Assembly: GCF_902459465.1 (NCBI RefSeq)
Contig: NC_047063.1
Location: 2,542,001-2,606,000, forward strand
Direction: 5' to 3'
DNA length: 64,000 bases
Source of the DNA: Asterias rubens
Lineage: Eukaryota
Part shown: positions 49,265 through 60,379 of the stretch, piece after piece
Position numbering within the stretch: position 1 is the stretch's first letter
How the letters are laid out: every line of letters starts with the position of its first letter
The notes under the pieces: generated by a model
What the model saw: the letters and a program-made list of their open reading frames with translations, nothing else
The model's database searches: none
Told to the model about the DNA's origin: nothing
Program-made: the position numbers and the translations under genes

Positions 49265-49630
49265 CACCAGCGATCCGCGCGCGCTCTGCTGACGCAAGGG
49301 TGCGTTTTGCGTTTTCCCCTCACATAGATATGGAATGTTGTGGGTTAGGTGATTTTTGCGCGTCTTAAAAAGTTTCCAACTACGTCACACTCATTAACCA
49401 AAAAAAAGAAGCGTACCCATTAATACGTCATCGATATCTCTCACGCGGAAGAAGCCAAAGACATGGTAACAGCTATGTTTGTTTATGTTTGGCAATGAGT
49501 TCAAGTTTGCTTTTCAAGGTGTGAACACGAACTTTACTTTCGCGGCGTTTTTCAATGCAACTTAAGTGCGATATTTCTGCAAAGAACAATTTTCAGAAAG
49601 TGTTTTCAAGGATTTTAAGAATTCAGCAAG
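49265..49630 (+). promoter_or_regulatory. Probable promoter/5' UTR of the kinase gene
   Basis: Local CpG enrichment (CCGCGCGCG), CRE-like TGACG/TACGTCA, RFX-like half-site CATGGTAAC (49462-49470) and forkhead-like TGTTTGTTTA, ahead of the ATG at 49631 (A at -3) and the CG|GTAAGT donor. Confidence 0.45.
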
Positions 49631-52600
49631 ATGTTTCGTTTTGCTTCAGAATATGCTTCGGTGAAATTCCGGTAAGTCCCGTTTGAGTGTATTAATATTC
49701 ACACTTTTACATAGGTGTATCTTTTTTAATTCGACCTTGCAACTACATGTATATTGTCGATCAACTGCATGACGAAAACCTCCTCAGAAAATGTCTCTAT
49801 TTTGTGCTTGCTTTTCCCAAGCAAATTGTTGCTGCTCATCTTTCCGCCTTTTTTTTCGTTGGCATCGGCCAACCTTAAAGTATCAACTTTATTTTTTTAT
49901 TTAGACCTATCCCTACAGTATAAAATAAACAGCATATCCAAATGGCAAATGCTGTAAAAAAAAATGTTACAATTAATGTTATCAACTATGTCTCGTTTTG
50001 ACATAAACGCACTGTGCGTGATCTTGCTATCAAGCGTTATAGGGTCATGTTATACCTGCTAATTTACACGAAACCAGTTCCATGCCATCTCCGAAAAGAA
50101 AAGACATTTACATTTGAGTTGACATTTTTTTAGCGTGGATCGAAAGACACTGTTTGAGATATTACTGATGTGCTACAAAAGTTGGCATAGCTTGAACTGT
50201 AGCTCCAGTTTCCACCAAGATGCCTGTAAACGTTGCTTAGTGTGACAAAGCCCTTATTATTGTAGGGTAAAAGTATACTCGGCGATTTCAACTTTTTGGG
50301 GGACAATATAATAATCAGTAAATGCTCATCCTAACCATATAGATCCCTCAGTGGTCATCGCTTGGCAGGGTCCAAGCTGGGGTCACTGCCCCTTCCCCAA
50401 GAACCATCCCGGTTTCTGCCCGCCGTAATATCCCAGTCGGCATCAGCTAGTCAGAGTGAGACAGAAGTCCGAGAGGACCAATGTCTCCCGCCGCAAGCAG
50501 CACCAAGCTACCGGGTAGATCCCAAGTCGGTTAGACTGGTGGTAGAAAGCGGACAACAGCTACCTCAACTAACCCGATCGCTGTTCGACAGGTTGCGAAC
50601 AAGGTAAGAATCGTTTTGATAAAGAATCTAATCTCGCCATACTCAAAGAGTTGTGTGCCATTGAACTTTTCCCCGCGTTTTACATCACGGTCGCGGAAAG
50701 TTGACAACTTGGTCAGTTCACCATGCTTCCCCATTGGATTAAAATTGTGTCATTCTACAGAAAAGTTGCGGTACTTCTACCCCAACAAAAGTTGCGGTAC
50801 TTCTACCCCAACAAGTCCAATGGGAAAAAGAGCAGTTCACAAGAACAAATCAAAAGAATTACCACGGATAAAATAATGCGAGTCTCATGTTTACGAGAAT
50901 ATTAAGCGTCTTATTTGGGCGCAGTTAATGCAGTTCAAAAAACGGTGAAACAATACGGCGTTTGACGGGCATATTTTTTTTTTTTTTTTAAAGGGGGGTG
51001 GGGGGGGGGGGGGGACTTCTGAAACCCTGTTTCAGCCCCATGAGTAGGTAGCAATGGCAAAAGTTGATTGTAGCCCACGACTTAACTATGTATAGGCCTT
51101 GTGTGTCAGGCGACTTGCATAAAAAGTAATACATGTACATTCTAACCCCTGGACCACTAAGAAAATGTCTTTTTTTTCTTGCTCACAAATCCAGATTGTT
51201 CGGCAACCACAAAGTGGTTCCACTACCAGCGCTGACTGAGACTAGGTCCAGCGATTCGCTAGCCCGAGTTGTTAAGCACAAATCAGTGAAATGGAATTTG
51301 GTTCCAAACCAAAAGAGCCTCTCCAAATCTCCAAGGACATCATCCCTCCACAGGTAAGTCACTTAAATTTCATTTAGGAAAAAGAGAAAAAAACAGAAAA
51401 AAACTTTGACCACAGCATAAACTTTTTTTGTAACTCTAAAATGTTCAGATTTTTTGTTATCAAACATAAGAAGAAAAACTTATATAGCGCAATTCAGTCC
51501 TGCAAGACCTCTCAATGCGCTTTACAAAACAAAAGAACACACAAAACCTTTTGTTTATTTGAGAAAAAGTATTACAACAAATTACAACGATTTGCAATAT
51601 TTTTGACCCATGTGGACCTGTGTGAATACCAAACAAGTAAAATAGACTGTTTCTTCCATTATTGCTTTAATTAATATTCATTTGGTCATCGACACAAGAT
51701 ACAACAACGCCTACAGACAGTCAACATAACATGACATTGTAATAGTGATGCAAGGAAATTCACTGTTGAAAGCTCAAAAGTTGTTTTAGGTCCTTTTGAT
51801 TTTGATTCCGTGTTTTTAAATATTTTGGTTACAACTATTTTTCTTTTTTCTTTTTTCTTTTTAGCTCACAGGAGCAAAAAGTTTCTGGACGACCAGAAAG
51901 GGAAGGTCTCGAGAGAGGAGAGCAGGATGGGCGTAAAAGGCCAAAGAAAAGAAGATGTCGAGTGACTTCATCAGCCAAAGCAGTCTCTGTACGAGGATCA
52001 GTTGCTCCTCCTCAAGACGATAAGAAGATTAAAGATGAGAGGGAGGAGTTTGAAGAAGGAGTGCAGGATGAAGACCAAGACACCAGGATGGATCAAATGA
52101 TTCAAGACATGAGCAGCCCAGAGGTAAACAGTTTGGGAGTTGTTGATGTTATGTCTCCGAAAAGACGGAGGGTGTACAGTCTGTCACCATCACTCAACCA
52201 AACGAGCTTGTGCAGTCTGTCACCATCACTCAACCAAACGAGCTTGTGCAGTGTGTCACAAACACTCAACCAGTTGAGCCCGAGCTTTGGCAGCACACAA
52301 GCTCTTCATAATCAGACACCACTAGTCCTCACCTCAGCTTATACAGCTCCTCAGTGTGTCGACTTGCTCCCAAGAATCGACACACGCGACCTAGATCTCG
52401 TCTTCCGACAGAAGGGGTCATCCTACTCGCCAGTCACGCTCGGACAGGGCGCCAACGGCCAGGTTATCCTGATGCAGAGGCGCTCTGACAACAGTCTCGT
52501 CGCCGTCAAGCATCTAACCCACACGGGAAACCAATATGCAGCCAACGAAGAATTGACCAGGGAGACACAGGCAATGAGCGCCGTCTCCTCCAGTACAGCC

Positions 52601-53245
52601 TTTCCAAAACTTTTAGGAGTCGTGAACCGCAACTCATTCGCCATGGAGTTCATTGGCACCCTCGATCAAAAGACATCTTGGAGTGTGCTTGAAGCTTTCA
52701 GCCCTCCGAGACTATTGAAGTCACAGGATTGGTTGAAAGTGTGTATTGACATCACCAAAGGTCTCATGGATATGCATGCTGCAGGCTGGACCCACAATGA
52801 TTTGCATAATGCAAACGTCATGGTGTTGCGTGACACCCCAGACCAATCAGGAACATGGGAGGGCAAGATCATCGATCTTGGGTGTGCATCTCGCATAAAC
52901 GACCCTCCCCCTGTAAGATACCTCAGTGCAGAAGACCAAAAACACTGCTTCAAGTACTGCGGCCAGCTGGCACCTGAGATCGTCGAAGGCAGAGCCACAT
53001 TCAGTCCCCTATCGGATGTCTTTAGTCTAGGGGTGGTTTTCAGAGACATAGCTCGATCGAGCAGACATCTTTCTCATTTGAAGTCCTTGGGTAAACGATG
53101 CAGTCATCCGTTGCCAAAGACGAGACCAGCAATGGGACAAGTGTTGCAAGAACTCACATCGATGTTGAAGAGCCACAAAAACACTCCTCCCAAATCACGC
53201 ATAGGAAGTCTCTACCAAGCTGTAAAGCACCACATTCGACCATGA
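49631..53245 (+). CDS. Atypical non-RD protein kinase (TKL-like fold) with long low-complexity N-terminus, 4 exons, about 613 aa
   Basis: Exons 49631-49671, 50343-50603, 51195-51353, 51865-53245; three GTAAG..AG introns, all phase 2, open frame throughout (1842 nt). Kinase motifs in the last exon: LGQGANGQV, VAVK, alphaC Glu (EELTRE), HNDLHNAN, KIIDLG, LAPE, SDVFSLG, RPAMGQV. The kinase exon is secure; the 5' exons are inferred from splice signals and phase only. Confidence 0.85.
52177..52284 (+). repeat. 36 bp coding tandem repeat (SLSPSLNQTSLC x2 plus a degenerate third copy)
   Basis: CAGTCTGTCACCATCACTCAACCAAACGAGCTTGTG repeated exactly twice. Confidence 0.9.
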
Positions 53246-56020
53246 ATCTATATTCACAGACAATAATGATGGTAAATTTATGTTAGCATAATTAGTCAAC
53301 AAAAAGACTGGATGAAGGGGGGAAGCTCTGCGTTTACAAAACTAAAAGCCACAATCATGTTGTAGTTTTTTCTGAGCAACCAAAATTCCAGTTGCGGTAT
53401 GAAATACAAATTATTGCCAACAATTTAAACCCCAGAGTTTGCAGGGTTTTTTTTTGTATGGGAGTCGACTTGAAGACTATAATCACTCAAAATAATTATA
53501 AGTTATCTTTCTGTGATACTAATTTATTCAGCCTTTTGTCAGTGATTCGATTCGATAAAAAAACGCCACTAACCAAATCATTTCTTTAAAATATATCTTT
53601 TTATTTCAATCTAAATTTGCTTGTTACTTTATGCATCAATTCAAGTGAAAATAACTATAACTGGTTTAGCATTGACAAAATGATATCACTCACCCGGAAG
53701 ATTTGTTTAAAAAAATAAGGATATAAAAAAAACAATAAGCAACAGAGATCATTTCCTCTTAACAAAAACTACTTGTTGCTATTAGGAAAAAAAAGAGTTA
53801 AGGTTAAAAGCATTTTCGAAATCAAGGCTTAGTTTCTGGTTAGGTCACTCTGCCATTTTGAAACCGTGTGTCTACAGCACATGGCATCAAAATGGCTAAA
53901 AGTGACGCAGCCGATCTAAAACTCATGGTTTCCAAAATGCCTGCATGGGTCTAGCGGAGCTTGTCAAAGCTAAGCCACAACAGTTAAACACAAAACAATA
54001 AACTTATTATATATTAAGTAATTTTTTAAGAAAGTTTTATACAAAAAAATGATTGTTATTTCACTTAAATTGTTTTCAATAAAAGAGTTGTTCATAAATT
54101 TTGGACGCTGATTGAAATAAAATTACAATTATTACTAAATTGAATGTCTCTTTTGAAAATTTCTTTCATGACAAATCTTTTGCTTTCAAGGGTATCGAAA
54201 TGTCCCTAATATCGATAGAACAAGGGCCTCATTATTTTTTATGTTTCGTCTTTGTAGTCTTTAATTTCATAATCTTACGCAAAAAATCATTAATGTCACA
54301 AGAACTGTGTCGACTGGTGTAAGTGCCGCCTACCTCTTAGACATTTTTCAATGGGCCAACGGAGGCAAAGACTTTTGGTTTGCTTTTTAGCTCATTTGGG
54401 GGGGGGGGGCATTCGCAAGAAAGAGGGGAAAGGGTTCAGAGTAAAGGAGGGGAGGGTCAAGGCACCCCCTTCCCAACCCTTATACACCACTGATACATAT
54501 TTAACCGAGGACCTTAACAAAAGCGAACAATGTCAACGTTTGGCAGGTGATCTGCAGTTTGTTTTTCATGTACAAAACACGTGGGAACATCCCTCAAAAA
54601 ACCTAACAAATAGGATGTAGGGACATTGCTAAAAAAAACTGTTTGATCTTGTGAACAGAGACCAAAAGAGTCCATACAATGTTGGGACTTGAAACACTTG
54701 AAAAAAAAGGTTAAACGCACTTTTTCTAAAAAGAACATTTCTCTTTTATTAACTGCAAAGTGTGCCCTGTGCCGAGGTGAGCTCGTTATGCAAAACCAAA
54801 ATAAACCTACTTTGCAACTTATTGCGACCGATGGTGTTAAGCTAATTAATAAAACATGGAGTCGAATACATCTGTTTTCATTTGTAACGTGCTGGATCAA
54901 ACATTATTGAATTCATAAAATTTCAGATAACAAAACACAATGGACATGATCACTTATGGCTGATACTGTCTCAAACAGAGTCAAAGAAAAAAGGATCAGT
55001 TTCTTCTTAAAAGGAAACAGTGAATAGCAGTTACTTGTAAAATCATTTTTCAATTCAAATAAATAGAGATGATGCAGCACACGAGTAACAGGCAGGATAG
55101 TTGGTCCTTTGAAAAAAAGGAGGATCATTTAATCAAGTACAAAGCCGACCTATGATGTAGGCTGCAATAGACTTTAAGGCTACCTAATCACATCTTTTCC
55201 TATTTTTTTTTTATTTTGAAGGCAAAAAGTCGGAAATCAGACTAAACTAGGAAGATAATCATGCCAGGAGTAAGTTTCTTTCGGTAAAGTAGTCGTACCT
55301 TCATGTATAGTTTGGAAGGTAGGCATTGGTCAAACTCGCAAATTCAGCCCTTAAACCCACTTTAAAAATAGACAGTTTGGCTAGGCTAGGGCTAGGGTGT
55401 GGCTTCAGTCATCCCAGCCCGTTTGGTCATCCTGTGCCATCACACCAAAATGCAAAAAAAGCAGCAATCATGAGGGTAGTGCAGTTCCTTTTTTTTTTAA
55501 AGCCGCCAATGAGTCAAACTTCTCCGCACACAATGTCCATGCAATCAGGTTGAATGAATGGACCGATCCGGCCTGTCAATCAAACTATGCGCGTTCACCC
55601 ATTTGACCAATCACAGCAATGATTGTGGTCGGATAAACTCGGTCATGCATGCGCGTATATTTGGCACTCGCAGCAGAATCGTGCAGAATGTCATTGGGAG
55701 TGCTCGTACACATGTCTTGCTCACGTGCACTGTGGGCGGAGCTTAGTGAAAAGCCGGAACGGTCCATTGGTGTATCTTCTACAGACCAGCGTTCCCCCGT
55801 TGCCCAATTGGTAGTTAAAACACCCCGAGGACTAGTCACCATTCACTCAGTGTGGCCTGGCTGGCTAGTTCAGTGTTGAAAAGCATCCCTATTTCATTAG
55901 GAACTATGAACTTTTGTAAAAGTTTGCCTGGTAGAGAAGCCCAAGAATGATGGCCACACCTGTAAACAACATGCTCTACATCCATACATTTATCCTTCCC
56001 CTCCAAAACAATCTCACAAT

Positions 56021-56221
56021 AGACCCTTCCCATGAAATATGTAAACTGCACATAGCGCGTGCGCACTAACGTTTTGGTTGGCAAAATGAGGGAACATCGC
56101 GCCGTTTTGTACACGGCTAATGGGTGCGTGACGCCGACGCAATTGCGCGTCTGCTTAGTGCCAACCAACAGGGTCTGTACGCATGCGTGAATGTGATTAG
56201 CATATTCCATGGGAAGGGTCC
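56021..56221. mobile_element. AT-flanked MITE downstream of the IMMP2L stop
   Basis: AT|AGACCCTTCCCATG..CATGGGAAGGGTCC|AT. Confidence 0.7.
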
Positions 56222-56314
56222 ATTGAAGCATAGTTTTACAATTAGTTATAACTTACACAATCTGTGGGATCTTTTCTTTGCGTGGTGATTGCACGGTTAA
56301 GCACATGGGGACAC

Positions 56315-59300
56315 TCATACTTCATCCACTTCCTGGTACCCGAACAACTCTTCCTCCAGTGAGGTTGACAGGCTGATTGGCTGACGGTCTTTGGGGAGTC
56401 TGGCTACCAGACGCTGTTGACGATGTGGTGGCCAAATGATATGAGAGGCACGAGCATGCACAAGTCCAAGCGCAACCTACAAATCAAAGAAACAGTCATT
56501 AAAATACAAATCTGTAAATTAGTTCCTATGTAGGATTTGACAGTTGGCATGGTATAATGGAAAGTATAATTAGGTGTTATTTACGGTAGTACCACGAGTC
56601 AATCTCTTTTGAGTAGTGTTGGTTCTGAAAAGAACCGTTGGCTGACAGCTCTACATTATGTTTGATCAGTATGCTCTTATCTTTCTCCTGAAGACGATAA
56701 GCATTGAAATACACTTACTCACAAGACAAACGACAATAAGCGCTCATTCAAATAAATACTATCTTACAGCCCTGAAATTCATCTTTGAGAGGGAAAGGCC
56801 ATTTTCACTTTGGATAGGGATAGATAGATAGATAGATAGATAGTTTATTTCTTGTTACATTCGTGGGCAACGGCCAAATTCCTGCAAGTTTATATAAAAA
56901 ATATATCGCCATTGGAGGCTATATTAAAATTTACAAAGAGGGGGCATTTCCATTGTAAATATTTGAAAGTTTACGGGACACTTTTGAAGGGGCACCAAGG
57001 CCGCGGCCTCTTTGGCCTCTGTGTATTCCAGGCCTGATCTCAACATGTGTAAAGAGTTTGTTCTCATTTTGATTCAGTTCTTATAACAACATGGACAAAG
57101 TGTTGAGGGGTCCATTTTCACAAAGAGCCTAGGAGTTATACAAAACGTATGGCTCCTCCCAATTTAGGACGATTAACTCGTCCTAACTCAAGATGAAATT
57201 AATCTTAACTCTTTGTGAAATCCACCCCAGGGGCCAGCCGTCGATTTCACAAAACTCTTCCTAACTTAAGACTAATCTTAGGACTTAAGGACGAGTCCCA
57301 ACCCTGCACTGTAGCATGCAGCCCTTAACATTAATCCTAAGTTAGGACGAGTTACTCATCCTAACTCGAGATAAGACGAGTCCTAACTCTTTGTGAAATC
57401 GACCCCAGGTCCCATAAAACCCCCCCTTTTTTTCCTCAAACATTTGAGCCCCGCCCCTTGCTAAGAAGTTATACAATGCATGTAGGAACTCACTGGTCCA
57501 AAATAGTTACTGTCTAGACTGACACTATGATGGTCGCCCTCTATCCAACAATGGCCCTCAGGTACCGTCACGTAACGATTCTTGTAGCTTAACGTTCTAA
57601 TAAAACAAACAAAGAAAAACACGGCGAACTAAATTAAAGCTACCAAGTACCAGGGTAATTATTTCAAAGATTTCAAGTGGGGTGTCATGGTCAAGCAGTT
57701 CAGAATATCAGGTTCAAGTTATGGTGGTTAAGACACTGGGGTGTGGGTTCGAATCCCGATTAAGATCATGACACTTGTTTATGTTTTAAATCTTCAAACC
57801 CATAGCACACAATATATACTGAAAAAGTCACAATCATAGTATAATTACATTACACAATGCACAGTGAAAAAAAGTCACAAAAAGGTCAGCACACACGAGG
57901 CTAAGAGTAGCTACACGCCCACACATGATGCTGCCTAGCAATACACAAAATGACATGGTTTACAATTCGATCAAACTAGAGCCTTAGAAATCACAGTACT
58001 TAAAGTCAGTGGACACTATTGGTAATTTCTCAAAATAATTATTTACATAAAACCTTTCTTGGTGACGAGTAATGGGGAGAGGTTGATGGTATAAAACATT
58101 GTGAGAAACGGCTCCATCTGAAGTGCCATAGTTTTCGAGAAAGAAGTAATTTTCCATGAATTTGATTTCGAGACCTCAGGTTTAAAACTTGAGGTCTCAA
58201 AATCAACCATCTAAACGCACACAACTTCGTGTGACAAGGGTGTTTTTTCTTTCATTATTATCTCGCAAGTTCGATGACCGATTGAGCTCAAATTTTCACA
58301 GGTTTGTTATTTTATGCATACGTGTATGTTGAGATACACCAACTGTGAAAGCTAGTCTTTGGCAATTACCAATAGTGCCCACTGCCTTTAAGAGATAATA
58401 TTAGAGCTCCAACACAAAAACAATACTCACAGATAGACCAATGAACTTATCCCTCCCAGATAAATAGATTTATACACAAATATAGAGCATAAACGGACCA
58501 AATAAGGTTCTTTCTAAAAGACGAATGGGAAATTGTCATGTGACAACCCCAAAGTTAACTTTTTAAAAGTTCAACACTGAGGGCGTAATTTGGATCCCTA
58601 CAATAACAACAAATAAACCACTAAACAGATGTTAAGATGACACACCGTATCGTATCACCTTCCAGTCCTATCACTCTCTTTACAAGAACTTCATCCGGGT
58701 GATTGGGGGATCTGAGAACAAAAGTTCAAATTGAAACTAAAGTTAGTAAACAACACCACATAAACCCAACTCCAATGGGAAAGGGATAATATGACATTGA
58801 ATAGTACTGTCGACAGCTGGTAAACATAATAATAATAAGTACTTATTAAGCGCAGCAGTGGTGCAAAACGGCCTTAAAGCGCTGGATACGAAATTAAGTA
58901 AATAAAAAAGACAAAAGCAAATAGTTATTAAAAAAACATTACATATAAGGCCTACACAAGAATATACACCCACTCAAAGGCAACTAAGAGGTAAAATACT
59001 AGTAAACAGAAAAGGCAGAATACAATATCAGGAAGTTATTTTAAAAATTAAAAATTACATCCAAATACAAGATAAAAATAAGCAGTTTGGGGGGGGGGGG
59101 GCACTCCCCACCCCACCACACTTGTTTAGGGTCCCCAAGGTGACCCCACAACAAAATCCAAATACACATGTGGTACTGCCCAAAAAAAAGAAAATAGCAT
59201 AGCCCCTAATGAGACCCCCACTGGAGATCAAGAGCAATACCACCAACCTAAATAGTGAAGGGAAGGGACTATTGCAACAGTGCCTCCCCTTCACCCAGTT

Positions 59301-60379
59301 TCGTCAGTTATCCTTAAATAAAAAAATTAAAAAAAAACAATAACAACCAGCTCAAACTCACGCTAAAGAGACGATATCACCTCGTTGAACATTGTAGTCT
59401 TTGAGTGCCCAGTGATTCAGGAAAATTACGTCTCTTCGCTGCTCATGGTCGGGATTGAAGACAGGCTGAATTCACACAATAAAAAAAACTCACTAATTTA
59501 TAAAAACAAGGATTAAAGGCAGTGGACACTATTGGCTACTGGGCCATATACATGAACTTCATTCCTTAAAGGCAGTGGACACTATTGGTAGTTACTCAAA
59601 ATAATTATTAGCATAAAAACCTTACTTGGTAACGAGTAATGGGGAGAGGTTGATAGTATAAACCATTGTGAGAAACAGCTCCCTCTGAAGTGGAGTAGTT
59701 TTCGAGAAAGAAGTATTTTTTCACATATTTGATTTGGAGACCTCAAGTTTAGAATTTGAGGTCTCGAAATCAAGCATCTGAAAGCACACAACTTCGTGTG
59801 ACAAGGGTGTTTTTTTTCTTTCATAGTTATCTCGCAACTCCAACGACCGATCAAGCTCAAATTTTCACAGGTTTGTTATTTTATGCATATGTTGAGATAC
59901 AGCAAGTGAGAAGACTGGTCTTTGACATTTACCAATAGTGTCCACTGGCTTTAAACCATCTCAGCTCGAGGGGCGGGGAGGGGGTAGGGGGGAGCATACA
60001 GACGGTGCTGCGAGTTACCGCGCTCCAAGCTAATCATTCACATAAACCATCTCTGCCCGGCCTCACCAGTTACCCATTTTACCCCTGGGTGGAGACAAGC
60101 TTATTGGTTAAGTGTCTTGCTCAAGGACACAAGTGTCACAACCGGGATTCAAACCCACATCCCGATCACTAAACCACCAGAACTTGAGTCCGATGCTCTT
60201 ATCCGCTCAGCCACAACACCACAATACAAAATGAAATTGACCTTTGTTTTATTTACCTGCATCGACTTGCCATCAACGGTTGCAAAATAGCCGACCTTGT
60301 CGAAGAATGTTAGAGAGCCACCTACTCCCAACGTGAACCCGCCGAGAAATATCTTAAGCGCCTTTCTTGCTGTGGTCAT
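56315..60379 (-). CDS. IMMP2L: Mitochondrial inner membrane protease subunit 2, 5 coding exons, 185 aa
   Basis: Exons 60379-60257, 59465-59362, 58711-58646, 57596-57494, 56476-56315. Catalytic Ser in GKSMQP and Lys in [11 protein letters not shown]; [41 protein letters not shown] matches IMMP2L. Confidence 0.96.
56819..56843. repeat. (GATA)n microsatellite
   Basis: About six GATA units. Confidence 0.9.
57107..57406. mobile_element. Two adjacent Harbinger-like MITEs (GGGGTCGATTTCACAAAG termini)
   Basis: TIR pairs ending CTTTGTGAAATC.ACCCC at 57228 and 57406; fragment also near 16400. Confidence 0.65.
58000..58391 (+). mobile_element. Kolobok/T2-like MITE family A
   Basis: TTAA TSDs, full body. 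Confidence 0.85.
59513..59954 (+). mobile_element. Kolobok/T2-like MITE family A preceded by an orphan left TIR
   Basis: TTAAAGGCAGTGGACACTATTGG at 59513 and again at 59566; right TIR ends at 59954. Confidence 0.8.

Noticed and set aside
51962-53245. Idea that the kinase is nested in an FBXL13 intron like human LRRC17
   Set aside because: The FBXL13 ATG is at 46418 with a plausible promoter near 47.8 kb and IMMP2L ends at 56315, so the kinase is intergenic.
55326-56231. Several ORFs between the kinase and IMMP2L
   Set aside because: They mostly overlap two AT-flanked MITEs; one MITE is duplicated at 28798-29003 with the same spurious ORFs.
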